DNA from: Takakia lepidozioides
Taxonomy: Eukaryota > Plantae > Bryophyta
Reading direction: 5' to 3'
DNA: 64,000 bases
NCBI GenBank assembly: GCA_030704615.1
Contig: CM060731.1
Span: 93,868,001 to 93,932,000, forward strand
Both the position numbers and the translations under genes were made by a program. Under the pieces are notes generated by a model. That model was not told the origin of the DNA. It searched no databases and saw only the letters and a program-made list of their open reading frames with translations. Every line of letters starts with the position of its first letter. Position 1 is the first letter of the stretch. This document shows positions 36,683 to 49,866 of this stretch, one piece after another.

Positions 36683-38639
36683 GCCATTGTACCTGAGTTC
36701 CAAGCCTATGGATGTGATGAAGAGGTTGGATGCCCGGGATTGACTTCACACAGTCTAGATTGTACTACTTTTGATTTTGCTTTCTTTTTAACAGGGAATT
36801 GGGAATTGGAAAAAGGATTTGCAGGGCGGGGGAAGGGTAACACTAGAGCAGCGTGCTTGTTGCCCCTACTTGGATGCTGATCGAGGGAAATTGGCCCTTG
36901 TAGTATTGATGGGGGTGATGACCATTGACCACATCTCTTTGCAGATGGGCTTTTAGAACTCCATGGCTTGTCTCGGTGTACATTGTTTTTGCTCAAGCGG
37001 TTACTGTTGGTCATAATTCTTTGATGTTTTAAGATTGGAAAGAAAGTTTTTCATTGCAACAAAGATGCAAGATTCATGAATGAGTCTTGTTAAGGAATTG
37101 TGCTGGTGAAATGTAGCTGAACAGAATTTCATGAAGGCAGAACCTGTTGGCAGGTGCATGTTATAATCCTAGTGTGCATCTCTTATCTTTCATTCCCTTG
37201 TATTCTTTCAATTTCGCCTGGGATCACATCACTGTAGGTTTTCATTTGTGCATTTCTTTTCTTGCATTTTTCTGTTGGGAGTAAAATCTGGATATTCATA
37301 AAACTGTTTTCTAGAAGGACAAGAAAAACTTGGGGAATTCTTCAATCCCCTGCTCTTCTCCAAAGACTCCTCCAATGGCAATGTTTGAATGGAGAGATTA
37401 ACCCACATTAGCGATCTCCTTTGTCCATAAAGACACCAATATGCCTGCAACATCAACTAGAGCTATGTGCACTGAATTATTCTAAATGTATTGTTGCTTT
37501 GTTATGATGTCTGTCGCATGCCTAGGGCAAGGAGGGAGGATAGGTTGAACAGGAAGAAATGTCTCTCTGAAAATTACATGGGATCGTTCGATTACACACC
37601 ACCGCCAAAAAATACACTCAAGCGCCACTACATCTTATTTGATGTGCACTTCGTAACCCAATGAGTATTGAATTTGGGTTTGTAAAACCGATTGAATGAT
37701 GGCTAATCTGTTGCTTCGACGACCTCCCTAGCCAGATGCAACTGCACGAGTCATTGAGAGTGGTGGTACCCCCTCCCTCACAGTATTTCTGTCCAGTTTC
37801 TTTGGTTGTTCTTATGTAGAGGTTTGGGGTTTATGTAGAGACGGTCAGCATCTTGCAGTAGAAATAGCTTCCCAAAGTGGAACCAACCTTGCAAGGAAAG
37901 CTTCTTGCAAAATCTTTTGTACCTATCACACAGTCTCAATGCGGCAGCGGCATCAGCTGATCTAACTTGGGTGACCGTGAATTGAACCTTCACAGGTTAC
38001 AGCTCAGCCAGTGTCAAACAACATGTGGTAATAAAAGCCTGAAAAGAGAATTTGCCAGTACTCAAATATGTGTTAGGAATGACTCGTTGAACTCCACACG
38101 CATGGACCCTGTTATTATTATTCCACTCTGCCCACTTGCAACGCATTTGAAGCCCAGAAAAATGTGCCAAGTCACACTCCAAGTGCCCTAATAATTGTCT
38201 CATTGTACCCTGCACTTTTCTCTTCACTCTGCCCCCTCACACGATGCCACACCAGCATTTGTTCAGTCCCTGCATGCTGTCTCTCACCTCAAATATCTGG
38301 ATCCCTTTTGCCCTTTTTCAGGAACCAAACCATTGGGAGACTGACAAGTAACCTAGTCTTTTACCGTTCAGATTGCTGCCTCATTTTAGGGTCAGTCCTA
38401 GACAGAGGAATGGCTGGGAGAGTGAGGACGTTGTGGGTTACTGACTTTCGAGTGATTGTGATTATGGAGAGAGATTAGTCCCCAACTTGGTGGTGGTGGT
38501 GGTGCCACACTACACCATCGGCAAAAGTATTTGTATACTATGTCAGACCTTCATGCTAGCCTTGTGTGAGTAGCAATTGTTTCTCCCTTCTTTCGCAAAA
38601 TGATAATATGCCGTCCGTTGCCTCTTTTTATTTACATAC

Positions 38640-38941
38640 CAGTGTTGGTCTGGTATATAGGGTTTCCTCTGCTATCAACCCCTGGTATCAACACCATTAC
38701 AAAAAACCCCAACCAGTTGGTACGAAGAGTTGCAACACCTAGATGAGGAACCTATTAGGATAGTATCATTGGACAGAAATATATTCTAATGCCTTCAAGC
38801 CAATATTAGGTTGATATTTGATACCAGGTTAATACCAATTGACTTTGCCTAAGCGTATTGAGATCTTGGGCATCAAAATCATTTTCTTTTAAAAAACTTC
38901 CCTATTTGGACCCGGCTGCATGTAATACCAGAACAACATTG
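38640..38941. mobile_element. MITE (302 bp) with CAGTGTT-type TIRs and TSD
   Basis: cagtgttggtctggtat ... ataccagaacaacattg, flanked by the direct repeat tttacatac. Confidence 0.75.
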
Positions 38942-41900
38942 TTTACATACCCTCTCAAATCAGAGGAAACACTTGGGCAGGAACTTCCCCTCTTTATTAA
39001 TCTCATCAATTGTTGGTCGCACTTTATGCTCCATTAGGGTCACATGACCCATCATCATTCAAGGATTCTTGAGTAAGACCATAGTTGCAAAATGCAAAAT
39101 TGGTTGCTTGTACACGCCTTCCTGGTTCTCTGGAGGGTATTTTTTCCTCTTTTAATTCTTCCTCTCTGCTGCCATTTGTTTTAAAAAAAAAATCGTCAGT
39201 AAGAGAACAACCAAGCGAGCGTGTGGTGACGGTTTGTCATGTTATGTATCGTGAATAATGGTTACTAGTTGCAAGCCAAACGACCTTGTATGATTATGCT
39301 TTAACATCAATGGAGTTCAAGGGCCTGTTTTCTTCATCATCATGCCACATTGTGGGCTAGTCATCTGAGTCGCCATTCACATGTAATGTTTACCTACTAG
39401 GACATATATCCCTTTTTTGTTTCTTTTTGTTTCTTGTTTTTCCTGGATAACTCAAAAATTAACCTTGGGGGGTGTTAGGCTACACTTTGACACATCCTCT
39501 TGTCAATTCGATTGGCGTTTGTGACCACAATGATTTTGCAACACCTATAAATGTGAGCAGGGCTAATTTTTGATGTCGGTATGCAACCCTAACCTACAGC
39601 TGGAGGGTGAACTATCATCTTCGTAATAATCTTTACATTGTGAAAATCTTCTATCATGTTACACTATTCTTTTAGTTTTTCTTATAAGATGTGATGGTGT
39701 TTTTTTTTTGGTTTTTGAGAGAAAGGGAGTGGACACCCTTAAACTTTATGGAGTGATGGGTTATTTGTCCCTTGCTTCTTCTCTGTCCCTTTTCCAAAGG
39801 ATAATCGAAGGTGAATGAATTTTTGGATTTTGTTTAGAGTTGCTTTTTCTGAGGGACGGAGCTACAGGCCCTTGAGGGGGAAATTAATAACCCCCCTTTC
39901 TGAGCCATGGAGGCATACAAGAGACAGAGACCCAGGCCCAAGGCCCAGACACAGCCCAATCCCAGTGTGCAGAATCCATATTGTGGCATACTAAACAGTA
40001 AGAATGTCTGGACTCCCTAGGCTATACAATTCATCCATGCACCCTACTAAATATCTAAGTTCATCCTCAGGTGCCTCTGCCTGGATTTAAAATGGGTTGA
40101 AAAACTACACACAACAACCCATAAATAAGGCGAGAGTCCAGGCCCAGCGGGCCCGGCCCAGAGACAAAGCAGGAGCCGCAATTCCATAAATGCCAAGCCT
40201 GGGTCGGCGCTGCCTGCCTTCATTTCTGCTCCAGCTTGCTTCATCTTCTTCTTCTTTCTCTTCTTATTATTCATTTTCCTCATCTTTTGACCAACTTACA
40301 AGTTACCAGCCTTGCTTTCTTCACTCAGTCAGTCCCATATTTCCGAGTTTTGGGTCCTCTCACTCTTTGACCACATGTACACGGTAGGTGCATCACACAA
40401 TAGGCGCTTGGGTTGACAGTTCTTATGAACAAAGACAGAATTATATAGAATTTCCAACTGGTGGGTTTTGAAGAAATTCTAGTGTCGACAGTAAAACCTC
40501 AAGTTTATGACAAGTGAGTTATAACCCAACTGCAATCTGCATCAAAGTTTGAGAGCAGGTTTAAGTGATGTTGAAGATCTGAGGCTGCTGCTGTACTCGC
40601 TGTGGCATGCTTGTGTGATCAAGTTGTCCGAGTGCAAACCCAAATTTAGGACACATAATTAGGTCGGTAAGTACTGGAGGCTGGCTGACAGCCGGCAGTC
40701 AAGGAACAGAATCACAAGGATCATCACACTCCCCCCTCACCTTACACCTTCAACCCCCCATGCATCCACACATCAGTCTTGTCACTATGATGCATTATGC
40801 AAATCTGGTCAACCCAACCCACAAAGGGAATTTTGACATAGGCCCTTCACTACATCATACAAGAGAGCCAACGATAAGCTTGGGAGGAACAGCGTCCGGG
40901 AAATAATTTCAGTTGAACCAGCCAATGGCCCCTCATTCTGAGAACCAACCGGCTAAGTGGGTTGGGGAGTCGGTTGCTTCCCCTTAATGGTAACTGCAAT
41001 AGTCAATTTCCTATGTGAACATACTCGGTAAATTTCCGAAGGTTTCAATTTTCACTCGGAAATCCTCGGAATCAGTCGGCTAGTCGGCTAGCATGTAACT
41101 AGCTGCCGGTTCTCCCCGTTGGTTGGGGGAGGAAAGCCATACAACAAAGGGGACATGGCGAGAAAAGCCACCGAGGGCGAGCTAAAAGGGTGATCAGTCA
41201 TAATATGGCCCTTGTCATGAATAGATAGATGTAAGTCCAGTCCAGAGGACAATGATTTCAGAGTGGCCCATTTTGTGTATCCAGGTACCCAAATGGTTGA
41301 GAGTGTTTCTGGTTCGCCCCACTAAAGCATCTTTGCTGATTTTATTGACAGTTCATTGTTTGCAAAAGGTTCATGTCCGAAGCCTCCGCAGTCACAAACA
41401 GGCCGCCATTTTAGAGCATTAAAGAGTGGTATGCCTCAATGCTTTTAAAATATGTCATGTGTCCGTCCATCAAAGTAATCAATTCTTCAACGGTGCAATA
41501 TAAAATCTTCCTACAAAAATTGTCACCAGATTGTCGCAATAGTTGGGTGATCACGGGACAACGTCGTGACCGGACTTCACCTAATTCATAAATTTACACC
41601 AGCGAAGCAACATACCCATCCCCACTGCGCTGCTGTCTGGAGTCTGAACACAAAAGGCCGGTGGGGACATGGGCTTTGTACCACCTTCTCCATTACTTCC
41701 GCCACCAGACCCTCCATGTAAATCATATTTTCCCACATTAAGTTATACCGGGCTCGGCCCTTGACACATCATTGCAATGGCCCGTTGAGATATGCCCAAC
41801 AATCCAAGACATTTCTTCAAATGACGAATCCACGTAGGCTGCTAAAAATAATTAAAAATATTCCATCAAAATTTGGTAATTCACTGACATTGCTAATAAC

Positions 41901-44105
41901 TTTCACACTTGAAAGGCAGTTTAACACTAAACGAAGGCCAACCAAAGAACAACTCTTCAATGGTAAGGAATTACTCAGACAACGGTAGGTAGGTAGGGTT
42001 AGCAGCAGGAACAGCTGGCTACTGTGGTGGAGCCATGATGCCTTCCCACTTTCACTGTACCCTCTCTGTCATTAGCCCCCTTTCATCTAACCTAACCACC
42101 CACAGTTATCCTAACAGTGGCCTTCTTAATACTAATAACTCAGTGTGTGGCCAACTCTGCAGTTTGTGTCCAGTTCCCATTGGACGCTTACAGAATTAGT
42201 TCCCTGAAAATCGGTGATTCCTGGGGAATTGTTTTTGGCTAAAATGCCGATTGCTGGATGCTCCCCCACACTCCAACTTTCCACACACACTGCCATCACA
42301 CTAGGTACTCAGTCTTTAGGGTCATGACTTGGCCAACTAATGCTCCATTATTGTTCAGGGTTACCATAACAACACCCCGTTACCAAGATTCTCGGTGCAC
42401 TTTACCTTGTTTCTTTGCCACTAACATACTATACATCTCAACCCTAACCATCCCATCGCCTTTTCATTGTCTAGCTATACACTGCAAGACTAGTTCCTGC
42501 CATCCTAACCCACCGCTCCACGTATTCTATCTTGTATAGGATGAGGAAGTAGGCCTTTCCAGCCCCTTTGGCAAATCTGTCCAGGGGTTAGAAGCTACTT
42601 TGAAGAGGGAGAATCCTTAGCCAACTTTAGCCATTTATTTGGCTTCATCCCCAACTTAGCTGACCTCGAGTTCGTACTACGATTCCAGGTTAGACGGTCT
42701 GGTTAGGATCTGACCCGACAGCGCCCCTACGTGTCGCTACCCCACTGCTTTTCAGTTCCGATGTTGAGGCACAGGTCACCGAGGTACATGCTTCTCCTGC
42801 CACGTGCCCCCCCGCTTGACCACCCTTGGTTACACGCTATTTCCCGAAACCCGACCGAAGTTACCCGGGAATTAGTCGTGTGAGTGGATGGATGTGCATA
42901 CGGTCGGAGCGGATGGATGACGAATATCATTCCGTGGAGAGCACGCCGGGTTATATATTTAATGCATCTTTCATTTTCCTCTTTATTGTTACCACAACTC
43001 CGCTGTCTGAGACAAAGTTTGGCAACTTCTGACACTTGTTTACTCGGTATTATTATTATTATGATTATTACGATTATTACTACTACCCTATGCAAGCCCG
43101 GTACTAAGCTACCCCTGCTGCCCTCACCTGCGATGACGACTTTTGTGCCTGGGTAATTACTAATTACTAACTTACCCTGCCGCTAACAGACTCACTAACA
43201 ACTGGGCAGACGTAACAAAGTCACCGAGGTTAGCGAGGGGGTTAGTAAGTAGGCGCGGATTAGTGAGGGCCTGCGTCGGAGGGCGAGCGGACAATGATGG
43301 CGTGGCAGGCGTGTGCCGTAAAGCGCAGGCAGGGCGGGGCGGGTGCCGCCGCGCCGGGCTGCCTGCCTGGCCCGGCGGTGCGCCGCTGGCCTCGTGATGT
43401 CTGCCGTGCGTGCCTGGCCCTCGCCGCGCCGCTGGCGGTTTCGCCACCTCGGGGAAACTGAGAAGGGGAATGAAAAAGTGAAAACACAAAAGCATGCCAT
43501 TGGGGCGAAACGTGTATTAATGGCGAAATGGCTCGGGGGCCTATAGGCGCGGTGGGCGGGCAGGCGGGGGGGAACGGGCAGAAGTGGAGCGGCAATGATT
43601 GTGTGGGAGAACGGCGCGGCGCGCGGTCGGGCGCATGGAAGGGAGGGGCACACCATCGCGCGCACGGTTGGGACAGTGAGCCTGGGTCTGTGGCTGGGCT
43701 TGCGCTTCGTCCCCCTCGCACCCGACAAGCGTCGCATTGCTAAGCTTGCGCTGTGCGCTGGCGCGTTGAGGGGCGGGGGTGATCGGCGGAGCAGGGCTGC
43801 AGCTTGGAGCACGGGAGGGTGGGAAGAGAGGGCGGGGGGAACGGCGGGACGGCGGAGGACGCAGGAATTGCGACATCGGATCCAGTGCGTCTGTGAATTA
43901 CATCAACGTAGGTGACGTTGCAATTGTGCATCCGACCTCCGATTCTGGGAGCGCATTGACCAGTGGTGGATGAGGCTGACAGGCCTGAATCTTTCTTCCA
44001 TCTGTTTGATAAGCTTGGACAGGAATTTGGCAGCATTTTGCGGAGTCCGGGATTAGAACTGTAGGCTGCAGCGGTTGATGAGACAGAGGTGAGCGGGCAT
44101 GTTTG

Positions 44106-47100
44106 ATGGAATATTATGCGCCAGCCAAAGGGGCGCCCTCACCCTTTGCAGGCCTTGAGGCCTCAGTCAGTGATCCCAGTGCAGGAACAGTCCTTACTTC
44201 CATATCTTCTTCAGACGATTGGCGTCCTAAGCATGGTGGACCTTCCTCTGCCAGCGCGGCAGGGGAGACGGGTCTTGAGGGTATGCTTTGCTACCTTGTT
44301 CTTCTTTTCTCATCTGGCCTTTTAGTTGACTGGAGTTGTTAGTTTCCCTTTTTACCGACCCCTGCTAATAACTTCCAATGCAAAATAGAAGCTCTTATCG
44401 TCATCAGTGCTGAACTAAGGCCTGTGGAGTAATTGGACTGGTCTTTAAGAGAATTCCAATGCAGGATTGGGAGGCTTAAGGGGTGCACTGTTTGGATCTA
44501 CAAATGGCAAAGGAGCAAAGTGAAGACGCAACCTACTGCTATTGTTCTAAAGCGATTGAAAGTCTTGTGCACTGTATATAGCGGTTGGCGACTCTGCCAG
44601 AGTAACTTGGTCGGGCCACTGAGTCACAGATTGTAGCCAATTTTACTCAGTCTCGATGCAGGAGATGCCAGCTGCAGAACAGGTGTCCCGTGCCTGGATC
44701 TGTGGTAACTTCGTTTGGAGGATATGTGACTAACAGCTACTGAGGAAAGTGAGACTGGCAGCTGCGTCCTACTTGTTGTGTCCACTGGAAATCTTTATCG
44801 GTCATTGACCTGAGAGATTCTCTTACCGAGCTGCCAGCGCAGCGAGCCTGCGTCAGGGGATCTTAGACGTTGATGGCGCTTGTTCAGGCTTAGGAAGTTG
44901 TGAGCAGGGAGGCCATCGATAATGTTGATGGCAGAAATCATTGCTGACAGCTCTTGATTGCAATGTGGAAGTGTATCTTGAAGGATCCGTTTTTTAAGAT
45001 TCATTCTGGTGGGGGACACTTTCTAGTGATCCTATGCACTCACCGTGCTCAGGAGCAGATTGTTCCGGACACTCATGGGCTTGGATCCAAAGTTATGTTA
45101 GGCTGTTGATCTGCTGACATCCGACAGTAAGTTTAGCTGTGACTAGCTTTACTACGAACGTATCTGGAATTTTGGCACCAGTCAATCTAATTTTAGAGAG
45201 TGCAGGATATGTAGAGTGGCAGATTCCCACTATTGATCTCACAGATCTGTAGCACCCTGTGTCCACTCTTGCTGGAAGGTCTTGAGAACCTTCGAAAGAG
45301 GTATTGTGGTTGCCTGAGGAAGTCTTTGAGGAAGTCTCTGGATTTCTGGGGAAGATGTGGTAGATTTGAATTCGTGAGGATTGGGTGTTGCAGAAGCGGT
45401 GTGGCAGATGACACTGCAGCCCCAGGAGGGGATGGATGGAGCACAAGGGTTATATCCAGAGCGTCCTGGTGAGCCTGATTGTGTGTACTACATGCGCACT
45501 GGACTCTGCGGGTTTGGCATGAGCTGCCGCTTCAATCATCCCCCTAATCGGAAGCTGGTGGGATTTCTTATGGTTATCCAAACTGCTCCATTCAACTTTA
45601 GGATAAACTTGATTCCTGGAGGTGGGAGATTTGAATGCAAGCCTCAACAATTAGAGACCATTAAATTACAGTGGATTGCCTGCTGAGAGAATGGAGGATT
45701 GGCAGACAAGTAGAAAGTTAGAATGGATGGGGTGTTTGTGTTGCTGTAATGCAAAACCTAATTTCTTCATAAGAAAATTGTCAGATCTTTCCAATTGCTT
45801 CTGCCTTTTCTCAGACAACCCATATTTCAAAGTTGGCACATAGTGTTGTAAGGTTGAAGCTGCAATTCTGGTGGGATGCAGGCTGCAGCAGTTGCACGTG
45901 GCAAAGGAGAATATCCTGAAAGACCTGGGCAGCCAGAGTGTCAGGTACTCACATAATCATTGATCATATGTAGTAAGGCGAGGCATGAGCACCTGTGTTT
46001 GGATTTCCTGTAGGATGTCATTGTGGTGGTGAGAAAGCTTGTGCTTGTCAAGAACAAGTTAGCAAGAACAGAGAGTGATAGTTATGCAATGAGAATGTCT
46101 GGATCAGGTATGTGGTTAGGTTTTATTTGGGAGTGACCAGAAAACGCCAGCATTAGGGATTCTTTTGGCGGCATTAGATTCTGACTTTGTGGTCTCTTTG
46201 GAGTTATCGCATATGGATTTGAGTTTCAGACCAGTTGCTCAAAAACAAAGATGTTACATACATTGGGGATTGTAGGTCTGGCACTCCCACCTCTTTCACC
46301 CAATGATATGACTATTGGAGAACCTGACTCCTGATTCTAATCGCCGGCATTTTTTAATAGCATTTCCTGCCGTGTAAGAGAAATTGCTGGACCAGTAACT
46401 TCTGTGTCATTGTCTCAAAATTTCAGTATTATTTGAAGACTGGAACTTGCAAGTTTGGCGCAACATGCAAATATCATCATCCTCGAGACAAGGCTGGGTC
46501 AACAGGCCGAGTACAACTGAATGTCCTTGGTCTTCCTTTGCGCCCGGTTGGTAAACCTATCACACTATCAATAATGAAGATATTGCTTTATGTCAATTCA
46601 TTGCTGTATGACTTAACTGTAAATTGGGTGCAAAACATTTGAGATTCAGGTTGTGTTTTCCAGTTGTCGCTCTACTTGTTTTAGGTGCTCCTAGAGACAT
46701 TTGATGGGACTGCAGATGAGGATTTTCAACCCTACATAAATCTCTACTATGGGCTGCACTGCCACAGGTTGCTGATCAACCTACTGTGAGAGTTGATAGT
46801 TCCCAGTCACAGATATCACTCCAAATGTCTACGCTAGTGAAGTTGCCCCCCCATCTAAGGTGTTCACAATTCATGGGCTTCTTCACCTGATGAATCTGTG
46901 TGCAGGGGGAAAAAGAATGCGCTTACTATATGCGCACAGGGTCCTGCAAATATGGTGTTACCTGCAAATTTCATCACCCACAGCCAGCAGCGGTAGGGGC
47001 ACTGGTATCAATGTCAGGGTCACCACTTTATGCCACTGCTCCAACATCCCCTGCCCCACAACCTTATCCAGCAGGTCTCCCTTCATGGCCAATTGCAAGA

Positions 47101-49580
47101 GCGCCTTATCTCCCCGGTCCACGTTTGCAAGGCCCTTCTGGTTATGCGCCTATGATTCTTCCTCCTCCTCAAGGAATGGTATCAATGCCAGGGTGGAACA
47201 CATATCAAGTAAGTAATCTTAGGCTTCCCAGGATTCTTGCCACCTCGTGTCTGTCTGGAGTGCAATGGTAATTATCATTTAGTTTGGTTTAAGTATCTCC
47301 GCCTTGCCCAATTCTCCAAATTGAGCTCTCCATCTTCATTGCCCATTTCATAGCATCCAGGTTCATCTGTTTAATCCATGATTTGATGGGTTTTTCTTGG
47401 GAAGAGAACTGTTCCTCAAGTCTGAGTGCAATACCAGCGAGGCCTTTCAGATCTGTGTTTGTGTAGAATCTTGCTAGGTTTACCTCTGGGACATCTTCTG
47501 TCAAGCTGACCGTCATTGTTATTGCTGCATAGCTTCAGCTTCTGACTGCTTGTATTTAGGGCAAGGTCACAAGATTACATGGTTCTCGTTATTCCTCGTG
47601 GCTTTTCATCGTGTTCTTCTTGACTTCAACCAATGGGATACCAATCTTGGCTAAATTGTCACCCTCAGACTCTCCTCAAACTTCTATACAGTTTCTGCCA
47701 CCTGGTTGAGGAGAGAATGGTTATCAGATCATGCTGGTCATGTACCCTCTCATATCCTAGGCTTCTCCACAAAGGGTTAAAGGATGCCAATGGTGCATTC
47801 ATGAAACGTGACATGAGTTACAGTGAGAGCCACAGAACAGAGAAGCAATTCGACTCTTCTTTGTGGGTTGGATAGTAGTGCAAAGTAGTCGGTGGGAGTG
47901 AGAGCATGCAAGGCAATCAGAGTCAATGAATAAGCAGGGAGGCCTCTGTAAGCCAGGGGTTTGGTTGAGTGGGTCACAGACTTGGTCCAGCAATGTAATG
48001 TCAACTTTTTGATTTCAGGGTAATGAGAAGTGTACTCTGTACCTCAGCTCTATGAAAGGGGTTCTCTGTTGACTTTCAGTGATTGGAAATCAATGTATTT
48101 GTGCTCAAGTAAAAGTGTCACCTGCTGAATCTTCAGAGGAACAGAGATGTGCGAGTTGACCTAGACAGTCATTCCATTCCTGGTGCACATAACCCTTTTG
48201 TCAAGAAAGCTTGATGGCTGAGTAGGTTATGCTGTTCTCTAATATCTGCTACTCATAGATATCATTAGCGCTCAATCCTAGATCTGCTTTGGTGACCGTC
48301 AGTAGAGAGAGATACCCTGACTAAGCCAACTTGCTTTTCAAATTTGATGAATGTTTGAATTCTAGCGACCTACCACTAAAATTGCCAGTGAAATACCTCA
48401 CAGCAGGTCAAGATTGGAATCCTTGTCCACTTCAATGGCCTAGGGAGGAAATCATTGGAGTCTCTAATTACAGACCATGCTTTCTCCCAAGTACAGCCAA
48501 TAAGCAGTCATAAGCCTATGGCAAAGTAGACTGTGGGGGTATGGGTCATTTTTGGGGATCAGACTCTTTGTGGAGGTCATCATGCTCTCCTTGAGCAGGT
48601 CGTATTAGAGATGCGGTATTTAAAGTTTGGCAATGATCTGGCCTGTGACAGGGACCGCTCGGCCCGATGGCGTCCCCTGAGAGCCAACAACACGTTCTCG
48701 GAACAAGTTATGTTTATGGGGCAGCACCGCAGACAGATCCAGTGTCAGGATATTCCCCTTACATGCAAGGGACTGCAGCAATGGGTCTCCCAGCACTGCA
48801 ATCCCAGTCCCTAAGTGGACAGAAAGACACCATCTTTCCAGAAAGACCAGGGCAGCCAGAGTGCCAGTACTACATGAAAACAGGAGACTGCAAGTTTGGC
48901 ATCACTTGTAGGTATCATCACCCCAAGGATAGAGCTACTCCTTCACCGACTTGTGTATTAAGTCCAATTGGTCTTCCATTACGCCCGGTAAGAACACACT
49001 CTTTCATGGTTCTGTATATGCCGGACTCCTGTCCATTCTTTTGGGTCAGCACTACGTCTCACCGAATACTGGAGTGACAAATTATGCTTACTGTCTATTT
49101 CATCATTATGTGCATGGCTCTTCTGATCTCCTTGGCTTTCCCACACATTCATGGTGCTGACACTCTGCATCTTGTCTGGTTCAACAACAGGGGGCTCCAC
49201 CATGCACCTTCTACACGCGGTACGGGATCTGCAAATTTGGACCTACTTGCAAGTTTGATCATCCTCTTGGTGGGCTAACTTACAGTCCATCTGCATCATC
49301 ACTGGTTGATATGCCAGTTGCTCCTTACCCGATTGGTTCGTCACCAACTACTCTTGCCCCTTCCTCTTCCTCCGAAGCTACTCACGAACTTCCATCGGCG
49401 GCAAGCTCATCGAATGAGCCACCCTCTCTGTCAGAAGAACCCCCAGGTCAGCACCCATCAAGAGATAGTTCTGACTCAGCAGCTGTGAGCACGTCAGCGG
49501 GTGCCAACACGTCTCAGAATTTGTCTGCCCAGGTGGCAAGCTCGGGATCAGCAAGCGGCAGCCAAACTGGAAAGTCTTAG
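44106..49580 (+). CDS. Zinc finger CCCH domain protein with five C-x8-C-x5-C-x3-H fingers (ZFN-like, RNA-binding)
   Basis: Exons 44106-44280, 45394-45557, 45882-45944, 46427-46546, 46906-47208, 48652-48987, 49191-49580. Motifs: [92 protein letters not shown]. Confidence 0.95.
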
Positions 49581-49831
49581 TTCAAGTTAGTGAACGTCAT
49601 TCTCCAGCATGATTCTCTTGTTGCCCCAGTCCCGAAACCCTCCAAACCCTGCAAACAGTTCATTGATTTTTGGTTGCCAGATTTTCTTTTTATTAGGCTC
49701 GAAAGGTGGTGTCTAATAAGGTTACAACCTGAGCCAACAAGCATTTATCCAATTCTGTGGCAGGATATCTTGAAGGCATATCCTACCTGTAAATTGCTGT
49801 AAGGGATGATCCTGTACACAGTGGGGGGCAT

Positions 49832-49833
<2 letters not shown>

Positions 49834-49864
<31 letters not shown>
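49834..49864. repeat. (CT)n microsatellite in the 3' region of the CCCH gene
   Basis: About 15 CT units. Confidence 0.9.

Positions 49865-49866
<2 letters not shown>

Noticed and set aside
43172-44036. GC-rich ORFs upstream of the CCCH gene
   Set aside because: Low-complexity A/R/P-rich translations typical of a GC-rich promoter or 5' UTR.
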